From NCBI GenBank assembly GCA_038734945.1, contig JAVYOA010000009.1, forward strand, positions 62,001-126,000: DNA of 64,000 nucleotides, written 5' to 3'. Both the position numbers and the translations under genes were made by a program. The stretch's first letter is position 1. The number at the start of each line of letters is the position of its first letter. Below are positions 48,433-57,441 of the stretch, in pieces. Under the pieces are notes generated by a model. The model was not told where the DNA came from. It saw nothing but the letters and a program-made list of their open reading frames with translations, and ran no database searches. Source of the DNA: Fervidicoccaceae archaeon. GTDB lineage: Archaea > Thermoproteota > Thermoprotei_A > Sulfolobales > Fervidicoccaceae.

Positions 48433-51390
48433 CTATATCTTCACTATTTGAATCGCAACTTTCTCCTCATCTATCTCGAACTCTCTTCCACCTCTGGCAT
48501 CTCCCAGCTTTAGCTCGACAGCTCTCGTCTCATTCATGATGAACTTTCCATGTTCATTAATTGCTTTTCTCAGAAGCTCAGAAGCCGTCGATATCTCAAC
48601 TTTTATGAAATCATCATAATTCAGCTTCGCATCCTTTCTCATTAGCTGTATCCTCCTTACTATTTCCTTCGCATATCCAAGCAACAGAGTTTCCTCGTCA
48701 GCTTCCTCAAGTACATATACATTTCCAGCATCCTCTCCAATACTGAGCTCGGAGACAAACTTTTCCGGCTTCTTCTCTAGAACTTCAACCTTTGTCACGT
48801 TGGCCATGCTCGAGATGAGCTCCGAGAGCTCTTTTGCCTCATTCTCGCTGACTTTCTCAATGAGCAATATGGCCGCTCTTTTAATTGGCATCCTCCTCCT
48901 CATCCCCTTGCTGGCTCTATATGCTAATATCGAGTCAACTGCTTTGAAAGCCGCGTCTATCAGCACTCTTGCCCTCACATCTTTGAGTTCCTCCGAAACG
49001 TCCTCTACTGTCTCAAGCATTATGCTCTCTTTCTTTTCGCCTCCCAGGCTCTCAGCCAGCGCTTGATAGAGGTATTCGGCATGATATGGAGTAAATACTG
49101 CCATCAGGGGAAGAGCGAGTCTGAGAGTAGTATATAGAGTAGCATAGGCTGCGCGCTTCTCCGGAACATCTTCCTCCGTCCACACTCTCCTTCTAATGGC
49201 TACAACATATCTGTGGCTCACATCTTCCACGAGAAAATCATAAAGGCTCTTTGAAGCTAAATGAAGATCAAAATCCTCCGCACTTTCCACGACAGTTCTT
49301 ATTACTTCAGACAGCTTCGTCAATATCCACTTGTCAGTCAGAGTAGCAGCCTTTAAATCTTCGCTGACCTTCTGGGGAGTCCACTTGTCTAGCTGAGCAT
49401 ATGAAACTAGGAATTTGAACACATTGTAAATTATTCTTAGCTTGCTCCCTATCTCAGAAATTTCCCTATCAACATACCTTATATCCTGCCATGGGGAGTT
49501 CCTATAGCACATAAATAGCCTCAGCTGGTCTGCTCCATGCTTCCTGATAGAATCCCTCGCCATTACAACATTTCCTTTGCTTTTGCTCATCTTCTGCCCT
49601 TGACTATCGAGGATTAAACCATGCATTCCAAGCCTTCTATATGGGGTCCTATTGTGGAGAACAGTGCTCGTTATGAGGAGTGTATAGAACCACCCCCTCA
49701 CCTGCTCTGGCGGTTCCAATGCAAACGAATATGGATATATCTTTTCGTGCATTTCCTCAAGGCCAAGCTGCCTAAGAGCCGCAGTATGAGCTACCCCACT
49801 ATCAGCCCATACATCTGCCACAAACGGCTCTCTTCTCATCTCGCCATTGCACTTTGGGCATCTCAAAACAATCTCATCTATTGTAGGCTTGTGAGGATCC
49901 TCCAGCTTCCTATGCGATGCCTCCTCCAGCTCTTTTATGGAGCCGAAGACCTCTGTGTGACCACATTTCTCACATCTCCATATTGGCAATGGTGTACCCC
50001 AATATCTTTCCCTAGAAATGCACCAGTCTCTACTGGAGGATACCCACGAATCCATTCTACTGAAGCCCCAGCTTGGTTTGAACAGTGTATCGCTGAGCTC
50101 TTTCCTCATCCTCTCGACAATTGCTGTAGTTTTGAAAAACCACTGAGCACTTGGATAGTAGATGAGCGGTGTTCCACACCTCCAGCAGTGGGGATACTCA
50201 TGCTCGACCTCCTCAAGAAGAAGCACCAATCCCTTTTTCTGCAGAACCTCAACAACTTTTCTGTTAGCCTCTTTGAACCATAGGCCCGAGAATATTCCCG
50301 AGTCCTCTCCAAACACACCATTATCTCTCAGCGGCGTCCATACTTGAAGGTTGTACTTAGCTCCAGTCTCAAAGTCCTCTGGACCGTGCGATGGAGCAGT
50401 GTGCACTATTCCAGTTCCTTCAGTGAGGACAACGTAGTCAGCAGCTACAACAGTGCAGTTGGGAGGAGAACAAGTAGCATTGGCCGGAACCTCTTCTGCA
50501 AGCGGGTGCCTGTATCTTTTTCCAACCAGATCTCTTCCCTTGTACCTATTGATAACTCTAGCAGAAGATTCTTTCAGCTTGGATAGAAGCGAAGGTAAAA
50601 GCTGCTCGGCAAGGATGTACTTCTCTCCCTTAATTTCAACCATAACATAATCTGCTTCCGGATTGACAGCAAGAGCTCTATTAGCTATTATAGTCCACGG
50701 AGTTGTTGTCCATGCTAAAAAGTAGTATTCACCATCCTCAGCTTTTACCTTGAAATATAAACTGGGATCCTTTACAATCTCACTTCCAAGACTGAGCTCG
50801 TGGTTGCTCAGCGCTGTTCCACATCTCGGACATCTGGGCACAACTCTGAAGTCTCTGTAGAGAAGCCCTGCCTCCTTAGCTTTCTTGAGGAACATCCAGA
50901 CAGTCTCCAAATACCTAGGATGCCTCGTCTGATAAGCGTTCTCATAATCCATCCAAATTCCAAGTCTCTCGTTATCTTTAACCCACTCCTCTATGTAGAA
51001 GTCCACGCTTCTTTTGCACTCTTCAATAAACCTAGCAACTCCTATCTTTTCCTCAATTTCCCTCTTGCTCTTAACTCCAAATTTCTTCTCAACTTCAATT
51101 TCAACCGGCAGTCCCTGTGTATCCCACCCACCTTGGGCCCATACCCTGTGCCCCAATAATATGTGCAATCTAATCATCGCATCTTTGTAAATCCTTCCCC
51201 TTGCATGTCCTGCATGCATGAAGCCATTTGTGGTTGGTGGACCCTCGAGAAATGCAAAAATTGGTTTGTCCTTTCTCTGATTCCATGCAGCATCTAGAAC
51301 TTTTTTCCTGATTCCTTCCCTACTCCAGTATTCTAATACAGCCTTTTCTATTTCCTCATGGTTATAGTTCGAAGGAAGCTTCCAGCTCAA
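48433..51390 (-). CDS. ileS: Isoleucine--tRNA ligase
   Basis: EGPPTTNG...HAGH, GWDTQGLPVE, AWTTTPWT, GTGIVH, DWCISRERYWGTPLP, KMSKSKGN. Confidence 0.96.
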   Translation of the reverse strand: MSWKLPSNYNHEEIEKAVLEYWSREGIRKKVLDAAWNQRKDKPIFAFLEGPPTTNGFMHAGHARGRIYKDAMIRLHILLGHRVWAQGGWDTQGLPVEIEVEKKFGVKSKREIEEKIGVARFIEECKRSVDFYIEEWVKDNERLGIWMDYENAYQTRHPRYLETVWMFLKKAKEAGLLYRDFRVVPRCPRCGTALSNHELSLGSEIVKDPSLYFKVKAEDGEYYFLAWTTTPWTIIANRALAVNPEADYVMVEIKGEKYILAEQLLPSLLSKLKESSARVINRYKGRDLVGKRYRHPLAEEVPANATCSPPNCTVVAADYVVLTEGTGIVHTAPSHGPEDFETGAKYNLQVWTPLRDNGVFGEDSGIFSGLWFKEANRKVVEVLQKKGLVLLLEEVEHEYPHCWRCGTPLIYYPSAQWFFKTTAIVERMRKELSDTLFKPSWGFSRMDSWVSSSRDWCISRERYWGTPLPIWRCEKCGHTEVFGSIKELEEASHRKLEDPHKPTIDEIVLRCPKCNGEMRREPFVADVWADSGVAHTAALRQLGLEEMHEKIYPYSFALEPPEQVRGWFYTLLITSTVLHNRTPYRRLGMHGLILDSQGQKMSKSKGNVVMARDSIRKHGADQLRLFMCYRNSPWQDIRYVDREISEIGSKLRIIYNVFKFLVSYAQLDKWTPQKVSEDLKAATLTDKWILTKLSEVIRTVVESAEDFDLHLASKSLYDFLVEDVSHRYVVAIRRRVWTEEDVPEKRAAYATLYTTLRLALPLMAVFTPYHAEYLYQALAESLGGEKKESIMLETVEDVSEELKDVRARVLIDAAFKAVDSILAYRASKGMRRRMPIKRAAILLIEKVSENEAKELSELISSMANVTKVEVLEKKPEKFVSELSIGEDAGNVYVLEEADEETLLLGYAKEIVRRIQLMRKDAKLNYDDFIKVEISTASELLRKAINEHGKFIMNETRAVELKLGDARGGREFEIDEEKVAIQIVKI

Positions 51391-52238
51391 CTTGCCCCCC
51401 TCCCAAAGAACAACTTTTTAAACCTTTCATCGAGAAATGAGACAAGATTCCTGAATTTATACATTCCATCGAAATTTATCCTGGGTGAATTTCCATTCAG
51501 GTCAAGAACGCTGCCACCCTGAGCAATTACCATTCCAGCTCCTGCTGCCGCATCCACAATTCTCAGCCTAGATCTAGCATCAACAAACGCATCTATTCTC
51601 CCAATAGATACATATGCTAGCTCAAGTGCAGCACTCCCCAAGCTTCTCAAGGAGAGCTTGTTCCCAATGGATGAGAAAATTCTATAGACTTTAGAAACTT
51701 CTTCTATTGCTCCCTCTTCATCCATATATATAGCAAAGTACCTCTCGTTTTCTCTCTTCTCCAATGAGCTGAGAACATCCTCCTTGGTAACCCTTTTATC
51801 ACCGATGAAGACTCCCTTGGAAATTGAGAAGCTTATTGGTTCATCCCAGAAGACTGGATAGACGGAGCCTGCTATAAAGCTGCTCATATCATTCTTGCTT
51901 CTGTCAGCAAACGCTATGCTAACGCTGCACCATCTTATTGATCTAGCATAATTCTTAGAGCCATCAAGCGGATCTATGATGACCACTAGATCATCTTCCC
52001 CCATATCCGTGATCCCACTCTCCTCAGCTATCACTCTTCCACTGAACCCCTCTTCCCTTAGCCTGCTCAATATGTGCTCCTCAGAGATTATATCGGCAGC
52101 TATAGCTTCTCCTCTTCCTTCAACTCTCTCTTTAGCTCTGCCCTTCTCGCTAAGCTCTCTGAGGAGCTCAGCAGCCTCTCTTGAAATGCTCAGGGAAACT
52201 TTCCTCAAGTGCTCATCATCGAGCTTCGAGTTGACCAC
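51387..52238 (-). CDS. Inositol monophosphatase / FBPase class IV family protein
   Basis: AEES, IIDPLDGSKNY, RSLGSAALELAYV, DAAAG; start uncertain (frame open to 52304). Confidence 0.88.
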   Translation of the reverse strand: MVNSKLDDEHLRKVSLSISREAAELLRELSEKGRAKERVEGRGEAIAADIISEEHILSRLREEGFSGRVIAEESGITDMGEDDLVVIIDPLDGSKNYARSIRWCSVSIAFADRSKNDMSSFIAGSVYPVFWDEPISFSISKGVFIGDKRVTKEDVLSSLEKRENERYFAIYMDEEGAIEEVSKVYRIFSSIGNKLSLRSLGSAALELAYVSIGRIDAFVDARSRLRIVDAAAGAGMVIAQGGSVLDLNGNSPRINFDGMYKFRNLVSFLDERFKKLFFGRGAS

Positions 52239-52336
52239 CCCAGTGCTCCAGGACAGCGGAATATTCTTTAAATTGCTGAGGATATTTATCTTTTCAATGC
52301 ACAAATCCGAGGTGCTTCCAGCAGGAGGATAGCGTT

Positions 52337-53311
52337 TTGAAGGAAAAAGTCATCATATACACCCACGGAGACCTAGATGGGATTGCATCGGCAGGGATAT
52401 ATCTACACCTTCTCAAAAAGATTTCTCCGAATGCCGAGATATCAGTTAACTTTGTTGAGCCCAGCAGTCTTGGTTCAGCTCTTACTTCTGCATTACCTTC
52501 AAATTCTGAGGAACTGAGAATTGCCATAATGGATCTTGGACTGAATGCTTCAACCATAGAAACGGTTGTAGGTACCCTAAGGAAGCTCAAGGGAAGGGCA
52601 AAGATGGAGTGGTTCGATCATCATGTCTGGAATGAGAGCGAAATATCTAGCATTGCAGCAACAGGAGTTTCTCTCTACATAGACAGGGATACATGCGCTG
52701 CTGGAAGTGTAGCCAGGCACGCATTTGGAGGACTGGAAGAAGGGGATGGAATGTGGTTGTTGGTGAACGCTGTTTGCGCAGCTGATCTCTGGCTCTGGAG
52801 CGATCCCTTATCTCCCCTCTACTACAGAGCATTTGGAAAGAGGGAGAAATCAATGAAGAGAGAGATGCTGGAACTCTTCAGCAGAGGAATAATATGGAGC
52901 GATGATCTAAACGAGTCAGTAGTAGAGTACATAGATCTCGAGCTCAAGGGGTATGAGAGAGGGCTTAAGAGGGCAAAGATCTATGACCTTGGAAAAATTA
53001 AGGCCTCAGTAGCAGTAAAGCCCAAGGGACCTCCAAACTCAAGCCTTCTAGCATCCCTCCTAATGTCCAGGCTAGAAACAGAAATTGCTGCTGTGGTAAG
53101 GGAAGACGGAGCACTTTCGCTCAGATCAAGAGAATATGATGTCAACACCATCGCTAGATGCTTGGGAGGGGGAGGACATCGGATGGCCAGCGGAGCAATG
53201 CTTGACATCTCCATATTCATGAAAATTCTCAAAATTCTCGCCCCTCCATTATATAGGACAATGCTGGAGAGGCTTGCCGTGAAAAGAATATCCTCATGCA
53301 TTCAGCGCTGA
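52337..53311 (+). CDS. DHH/DHHA1 family phosphoesterase
   Basis: THGDLDG, IMD, WFDHH, ADLW, SLRS, GGGGH. Confidence 0.88.
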   Translation: MKEKVIIYTHGDLDGIASAGIYLHLLKKISPNAEISVNFVEPSSLGSALTSALPSNSEELRIAIMDLGLNASTIETVVGTLRKLKGRAKMEWFDHHVWNESEISSIAATGVSLYIDRDTCAAGSVARHAFGGLEEGDGMWLLVNAVCAADLWLWSDPLSPLYYRAFGKREKSMKREMLELFSRGIIWSDDLNESVVEYIDLELKGYERGLKRAKIYDLGKIKASVAVKPKGPPNSSLLASLLMSRLETEIAAVVREDGALSLRSREYDVNTIARCLGGGGHRMASGAMLDISIFMKILKILAPPLYRTMLERLAVKRISSCIQR

Positions 53312-53635
53312 TCAGAGAATGCCACAGCCCCTCAGCTTTCTTTCCGCTTCAGTGTATACTCTCAAGAATTCTTTTCCCTCTTTGCTTAGCTTATATCCTC
53401 CCCTCCCCCTCCTCCTCTCTACAAGCTGTACCATAGCTTTTGCTTCAGCAGTTCTCAGCTTCAGCCATGCTCTTTTATAGTTCATTCCAATTTTTGCTGA
53501 AGCTCTTCTCAAGCTTCCACTTTCCTCCACAGCCCTCAGTAGTTCAGCAAGACCTCTTCCCCCAATCACAATTCCGTTGGAAACTATCAGTATTTCTGTC
53601 CTTACAGTGAAAATTTCTGTTTCTCGGCTGGAAAT
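53312..53635 (-). CDS. ModE-like winged-helix regulator (HTH domain only), apparent ATT start
   Basis: GGRGLAELLRAVEESGSLRRASAKIGMNYKRAW...RRRGRGG; frame open to 53641. Confidence 0.8.
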   Translation of the reverse strand: MSSRETEIFTVRTEILIVSNGIVIGGRGLAELLRAVEESGSLRRASAKIGMNYKRAWLKLRTAEAKAMVQLVERRRGRGGYKLSKEGKEFLRVYTEAERKLRGCGIL

Positions 53636-53686
53636 TTTCCATCACCTGCACATTTTAAAGCTTCTCAATTAAACTATAAATATGCT

Positions 53687-53762
53687 GGGCCCGTGGCCTA
53701 GCCAGGATTAAGGCACCGGCCTGCGGAGCCGGAGATCCCGGGTTCAAATCCCGGCGGGCCCG
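53687..53762 (+). tRNA. tRNA-Arg (anticodon GCG), intronless, CCA not encoded
   Basis: GGGCCCG/CGGGCCC acceptor stem, CCGGC-CTGCGGA-GCCGG anticodon arm, GGTTCAAATCC T-loop. Confidence 0.97.
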
Positions 53763-53880
53763 CATTTTCAGGATGCATTTAGCTATATTCAACTGTACAT
53801 AAAAATTTCAGAAGTTCTCTGGAGCTTCTGACTATTTCTAAATAATACGCTAATTTTGTAAATCGCAAAAAATATTAATT

Positions 53881-53916
53881 TGAATAAATATTCATGTGAA
53901 TAGTGATTCACATGAA
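53881..53916. promoter_or_regulatory. Putative ArsR/SmtB-type operator: two tandem TGAA-N6-TTCA palindromes
   Basis: TGAATAAATATTCA (53881-53894) and TGAATAGTGATTCA (53897-53910), the latter inside a perfect 11-4-11 repeat TTCATGTGAAT-AGTG-ATTCACATGAA; ArsR gene in the downstream operon. Confidence 0.7.
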
Positions 53917-54259
53917 AGGGCTTGTAGTATGCGTCTGCCAGGGTACATGCCCCTCATTTTCAAAACTGAATGTTTTTGAACTAATAAATAAGCTTAGGAG
54001 AGAGAAAAAAGTAGATTTTGCCCTTATTCATCCACAGCTATGCGCTTCAGATGGAGACAATCTCTGGAGAGTCCTCTTGGCAGGAAGAAACATCTCAAAA
54101 CTTGTGGTAGCAGGCTGCGCCCCAGAAATGCAGAAGAAGATGTTTGGATGGGTATTCAAGGAGCTGAACTTCGACGAGTCTCTGTTCATTCCTGTCGAGA
54201 TAAGGAACATGACAACAGAGGAAGCTCTACAATCTATTGAGAAAGCACTGGAGCAATAA
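53912..54259 (+). CDS. Stand-alone HdrA N-terminal-domain-like protein
   Basis: GLVVCVCQG / LCASDGDNL / KLVVAGCAPEMQKKMF / VEIRN aligns by eye with GIYICHCG / MCSEPGQNL / RIVIAACSPSMHEQTF / ANIRE of the HdrA at 59951. Confidence 0.8.
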   Translation: MKGLVVCVCQGTCPSFSKLNVFELINKLRREKKVDFALIHPQLCASDGDNLWRVLLAGRNISKLVVAGCAPEMQKKMFGWVFKELNFDESLFIPVEIRNMTTEEALQSIEKALEQ

Positions 54260-54274
54260 AAAGGTTGATTCTCC

Positions 54275-54475
54275 ATGACCAAAGATTGGTATCCGATTAT
54301 AGACTATGAGAGATGCACTGGATGCTTAACATGCGTTAATTTTTGTCCACACGCTGTATATAATGTTGGGGAAGACAACAAGCCAAAAGTTGCTTCTCCA
54401 GACAACTGTATAGAAATGTGCAGAGGTTGTCAAAGGATATGCCCTACCTCAGCCATAAGCTATCATGGAGAGTAA
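54275..54475 (+). CDS. 2x[4Fe-4S] ferredoxin
   Basis: CTGCLTCVNFCP and CIEMCRGCQRICP. Confidence 0.9.
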   Translation: MTKDWYPIIDYERCTGCLTCVNFCPHAVYNVGEDNKPKVASPDNCIEMCRGCQRICPTSAISYHGE

Positions 54476-54520
54476 AAAATAGATATGGCTTTAGCATAAA
54501 TATTCTTCAAGCATGGTTGC

Positions 54521-54910
54521 TTGGAAATGCCTGAGCAGTATTTACTGAGGGACTTAATCAGAAAAATTCAGGAAGCAGGAATGTGCAAGGAAGAGCCTCC
54601 AGTGCCAGATCTCGATAAAGCTGTAGATCTGCCCACTGAAAATCTGAATACAATCTCAAAAATCTTATCAACAATCTCCGAGCCTTTAAGACTGAAGATT
54701 CTCTATCTTCTCCGCCAATCTCCGCTGCCAGTATGCATAATAGCATTTTTGTTGAAGACTGATAGAACTCTAGTTTCGCATCACATGAATAAGCTCCTTG
54801 AGCTTGGGCTCGTTAAAGTAGAGCGCAGTAGGCGCTTCAGCATATACAGCCTTACGGATCAGGGGAAGGAACTGGTAAAAGCCATCGAAAAAATATTAGA
54901 AAACAGATAA
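54521..54910 (+). CDS. ArsR/SmtB-family transcriptional regulator
   Basis: ISEPLRLKILYLL, LPVC, VSHHMNKL...GLV...YSLT. Confidence 0.88.
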   Translation: MEMPEQYLLRDLIRKIQEAGMCKEEPPVPDLDKAVDLPTENLNTISKILSTISEPLRLKILYLLRQSPLPVCIIAFLLKTDRTLVSHHMNKLLELGLVKVERSRRFSIYSLTDQGKELVKAIEKILENR

Positions 54911-55032
54911 GTAAGCGCATTGTCGTTCAAGAAAAGCTGCTTCAATATTCAAGGGAGAAAATCTCAACTACCAGCTCTTTTCTTCATTTCCTTTTAGCAT
55001 TTTTAAAAGAAGCTTTAGCAAGTATAAAAAAA

Positions 55033-55875
55033 CTACAAATATGTATATGGATATAGCCTAGGAACAGCTAATGTTAGGAGCTCAATCAATTTGTATGCCT
55101 CAACTGCATCCTTAGCTTTGTATTTTACCGTTTTCCCATCAATCCTCTCAACCATGGGAATTAGCTCCGCTACATCGCCCATCTCTGTTCCTAGGAATCT
55201 CACTTTCATGTCGAGTGGACTTTCAGCCTGCAGTGGTCTTCCCTCCCCTCTTCTATATTTTTCGATAGCCCTTCTTGCTGCTTCTCTTATTTCCCTCTCA
55301 ACCTTCTTCAGACTCTTGCTTGCTGATGCAAATCTGGAGAATGACTCCTTCAGCACTACTCTCTCAGCCCAAGGAGCGCTCTTTGAAACATCCTCTTCAA
55401 TAAGAACTCTGTCTCCAGCCACGAGCATCACGGGAACGTTGAAATGTCCTGCCACATATGCGTTCAGCAAAAATTCACTGACCGGCATGCCGTTGATTTC
55501 AATGCTATCGATTGAAGCACTACTGTAGGTATGGTCGAAGCTGGAGCGAGCAGTCCCAGCTTTAGAATGATATCCCAGAAAAACAGCAATCTTTGAGCCT
55601 TCTATGCCCGTAATCATGCTAAGCGGTCTAGGAAACCCTCGAATCAATGTAACATATTCTGGTAAACTCTCCACATCAAGATTTATCATTGGTCCATGGC
55701 TGTCCGCTACAATAACCTCTTCAAAGCCTCCTTCGTGAAGCTCTTCAACAACAGCTAGTGTCACTCTCGTAGCTATTCTCCTAGCTTCGTTGTAGAGAGC
55801 GCCTTTCACAAAAAGATGTTCGCCAGATGCTATAAACGGCATCCCCTCAAGATCCACCGAGACAAAAGCTCTCAA
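55033..55875 (-). CDS. D-aminopeptidase DppA (M55 family)
   Basis: FVSVDLEG, VADSHG, FLGYHSKAG, HTYS, VAGD. Confidence 0.92.
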   Translation of the reverse strand: MRAFVSVDLEGMPFIASGEHLFVKGALYNEARRIATRVTLAVVEELHEGGFEEVIVADSHGPMINLDVESLPEYVTLIRGFPRPLSMITGIEGSKIAVFLGYHSKAGTARSSFDHTYSSASIDSIEINGMPVSEFLLNAYVAGHFNVPVMLVAGDRVLIEEDVSKSAPWAERVVLKESFSRFASASKSLKKVEREIREAARRAIEKYRRGEGRPLQAESPLDMKVRFLGTEMGDVAELIPMVERIDGKTVKYKAKDAVEAYKLIELLTLAVPRLYPYTYL

Positions 55876-55983
55876 GACAGTGCACCTTATTTTTTTTGAA
55901 AAAATAAGAATATTAATATATCCTTCCATTTTTTAAAAAAATGGCTATTATTCTTAAGAATTTTTTATCTAAAGCATTAAACA

Positions 55984-57231
55984 TCAAGATATTGAAGCTA
56001 AGTAGGAAGCTATATCCGATATAGACCCTGAAACTACTTCCCGGTAGCTTCCATCTCTGACATTGATACTATACAGCGTTATGCTCTTTATTCCCCCATA
56101 ATCCCCCCAATACAACGAATATCTCTGCAGCTCACTATATGCCATATTTGAGGTTATATGACCGTAAGCGTCTCTTGTCAGATATCTGCCTGCCGAATCT
56201 ATTATAGTTAATTCTCCTCCCTGAACTGGCAAGAAAATGGCAGCATGTCTGCTTCCATCCCCCATTTCTATGTCCGCAAAATACAAAAGGTAATCTTTTC
56301 CATACACATTTAACATATAATATTTAATCATGGCATAAGCTAATACCGCCTGATCATCGCAATCCCCCTGACCATATTCAATAGTAAAGAGAGGAGTCTG
56401 AACATAGTTTTGAAGTGGTAAGTAGAATATTGAAGTCAAGAAGGAGTAGTTGCCGAAGTTCATAAAGAAAGGAATAGGAAAGGGCATATCTATATCATAG
56501 ACATATGCAACGTTATTCACAATATAGTTATATATATTCTGTATTGAACCCCAAATATCGTATTTTGATACACCTGCATTATAAACATACTTCCCTATAG
56601 CCGAGACCTCATCCCAATTGAGGGTTCTCGAGAATGCATCGGGAATCGTCTCCAGCGAATATAGATAGTTTATAAGATCCGAGGCACTTTCGTTCAAACT
56701 GATATATAGAGATAGCAAGTAGTTCATGCTGTTATTGAGGTTGGTATAGTTCTCTTGGAGACTATTATACAGTGCAGTTATCTGCTGAAACCTTGCTGAT
56801 AGGTTGCCGTAGTCCGCATTCAAGTTGCTGTACTTGATGCTAAGTGCAGTGTAGTTATTCTGAAGCTGAGAATATCTATCATTAAGTGCGGCATATTGCG
56901 CTTGAAGATCCATGAAGCTCTTGATCGTTGAGTTGTACTCAGAATAGAGCTGGGCATAGGAATTCGAAAGATCTGAATAACTCTTTGACAGATTGGAGTA
57001 TTTATCTGAGAGCTGTGCATACTGATCTTGTAGAGTACGATAGCTTGCATTTATTATGAGCAAAGTAGTATTCAGATATGCATTCTCAATCGAGAGTTCG
57101 TGGTTGGTTTTTGCAAGAGCATCATTAGTTTTCTGAAGAGCTGAGTAACCGATTTCCCATAGAATATTTGAAGTAGTAATAATTACTATCAATACTATAG
57201 AAACAATTTTTAAATAATTCACATATCTCAC
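55984..57231 (-). CDS. Membrane-anchored coiled-coil protein with C-terminal transglutaminase-like domain
   Basis: N-terminal TM helix; heptad Y/L repeats over about 150 aa; QTP...GQGDCDDQA...RHAA...IIDSAG Cys-His-Asp triad. Confidence 0.78.
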   Translation of the reverse strand: MRYVNYLKIVSIVLIVIITTSNILWEIGYSALQKTNDALAKTNHELSIENAYLNTTLLIINASYRTLQDQYAQLSDKYSNLSKSYSDLSNSYAQLYSEYNSTIKSFMDLQAQYAALNDRYSQLQNNYTALSIKYSNLNADYGNLSARFQQITALYNSLQENYTNLNNSMNYLLSLYISLNESASDLINYLYSLETIPDAFSRTLNWDEVSAIGKYVYNAGVSKYDIWGSIQNIYNYIVNNVAYVYDIDMPFPIPFFMNFGNYSFLTSIFYLPLQNYVQTPLFTIEYGQGDCDDQAVLAYAMIKYYMLNVYGKDYLLYFADIEMGDGSRHAAIFLPVQGGELTIIDSAGRYLTRDAYGHITSNMAYSELQRYSLYWGDYGGIKSITLYSINVRDGSYREVVSGSISDIASYLASIS

Positions 57232-57283
57232 CGTTACTATTTAGAAACTAAAAAATTTTTATTGTTGGAGAACGAACAATCTC

Positions 57284-57313
57284 TCAAATTCCCAAGAAAA
57301 TTTGGGATTTTGA
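57284..57313. repeat. Inverted repeat in the divergent promoter region upstream of the qmoC-like operon
   Basis: TCAAATTCCCAA-GAAAAT-TTGGGATTTTGA (12-bp arms, one mismatch). Confidence 0.45.
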
Positions 57314-57441
57314 TCTATTCTAGCAAAATTCATTTGAATTAAAATTATTCTTTTTAAAAATTTCTATAATAGGGAAAAGATAAAAAATTTCAAAAAATAT
57401 GTAGAAATTCTTATATATTTATTTTAGTAAAATTATAATAT

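Noticed and set aside
53687..57441. Integrated element at tRNA-Arg
   Set aside because: Downstream genes look accessory, but I saw no integrase and no duplicated tRNA 3' end (att site)
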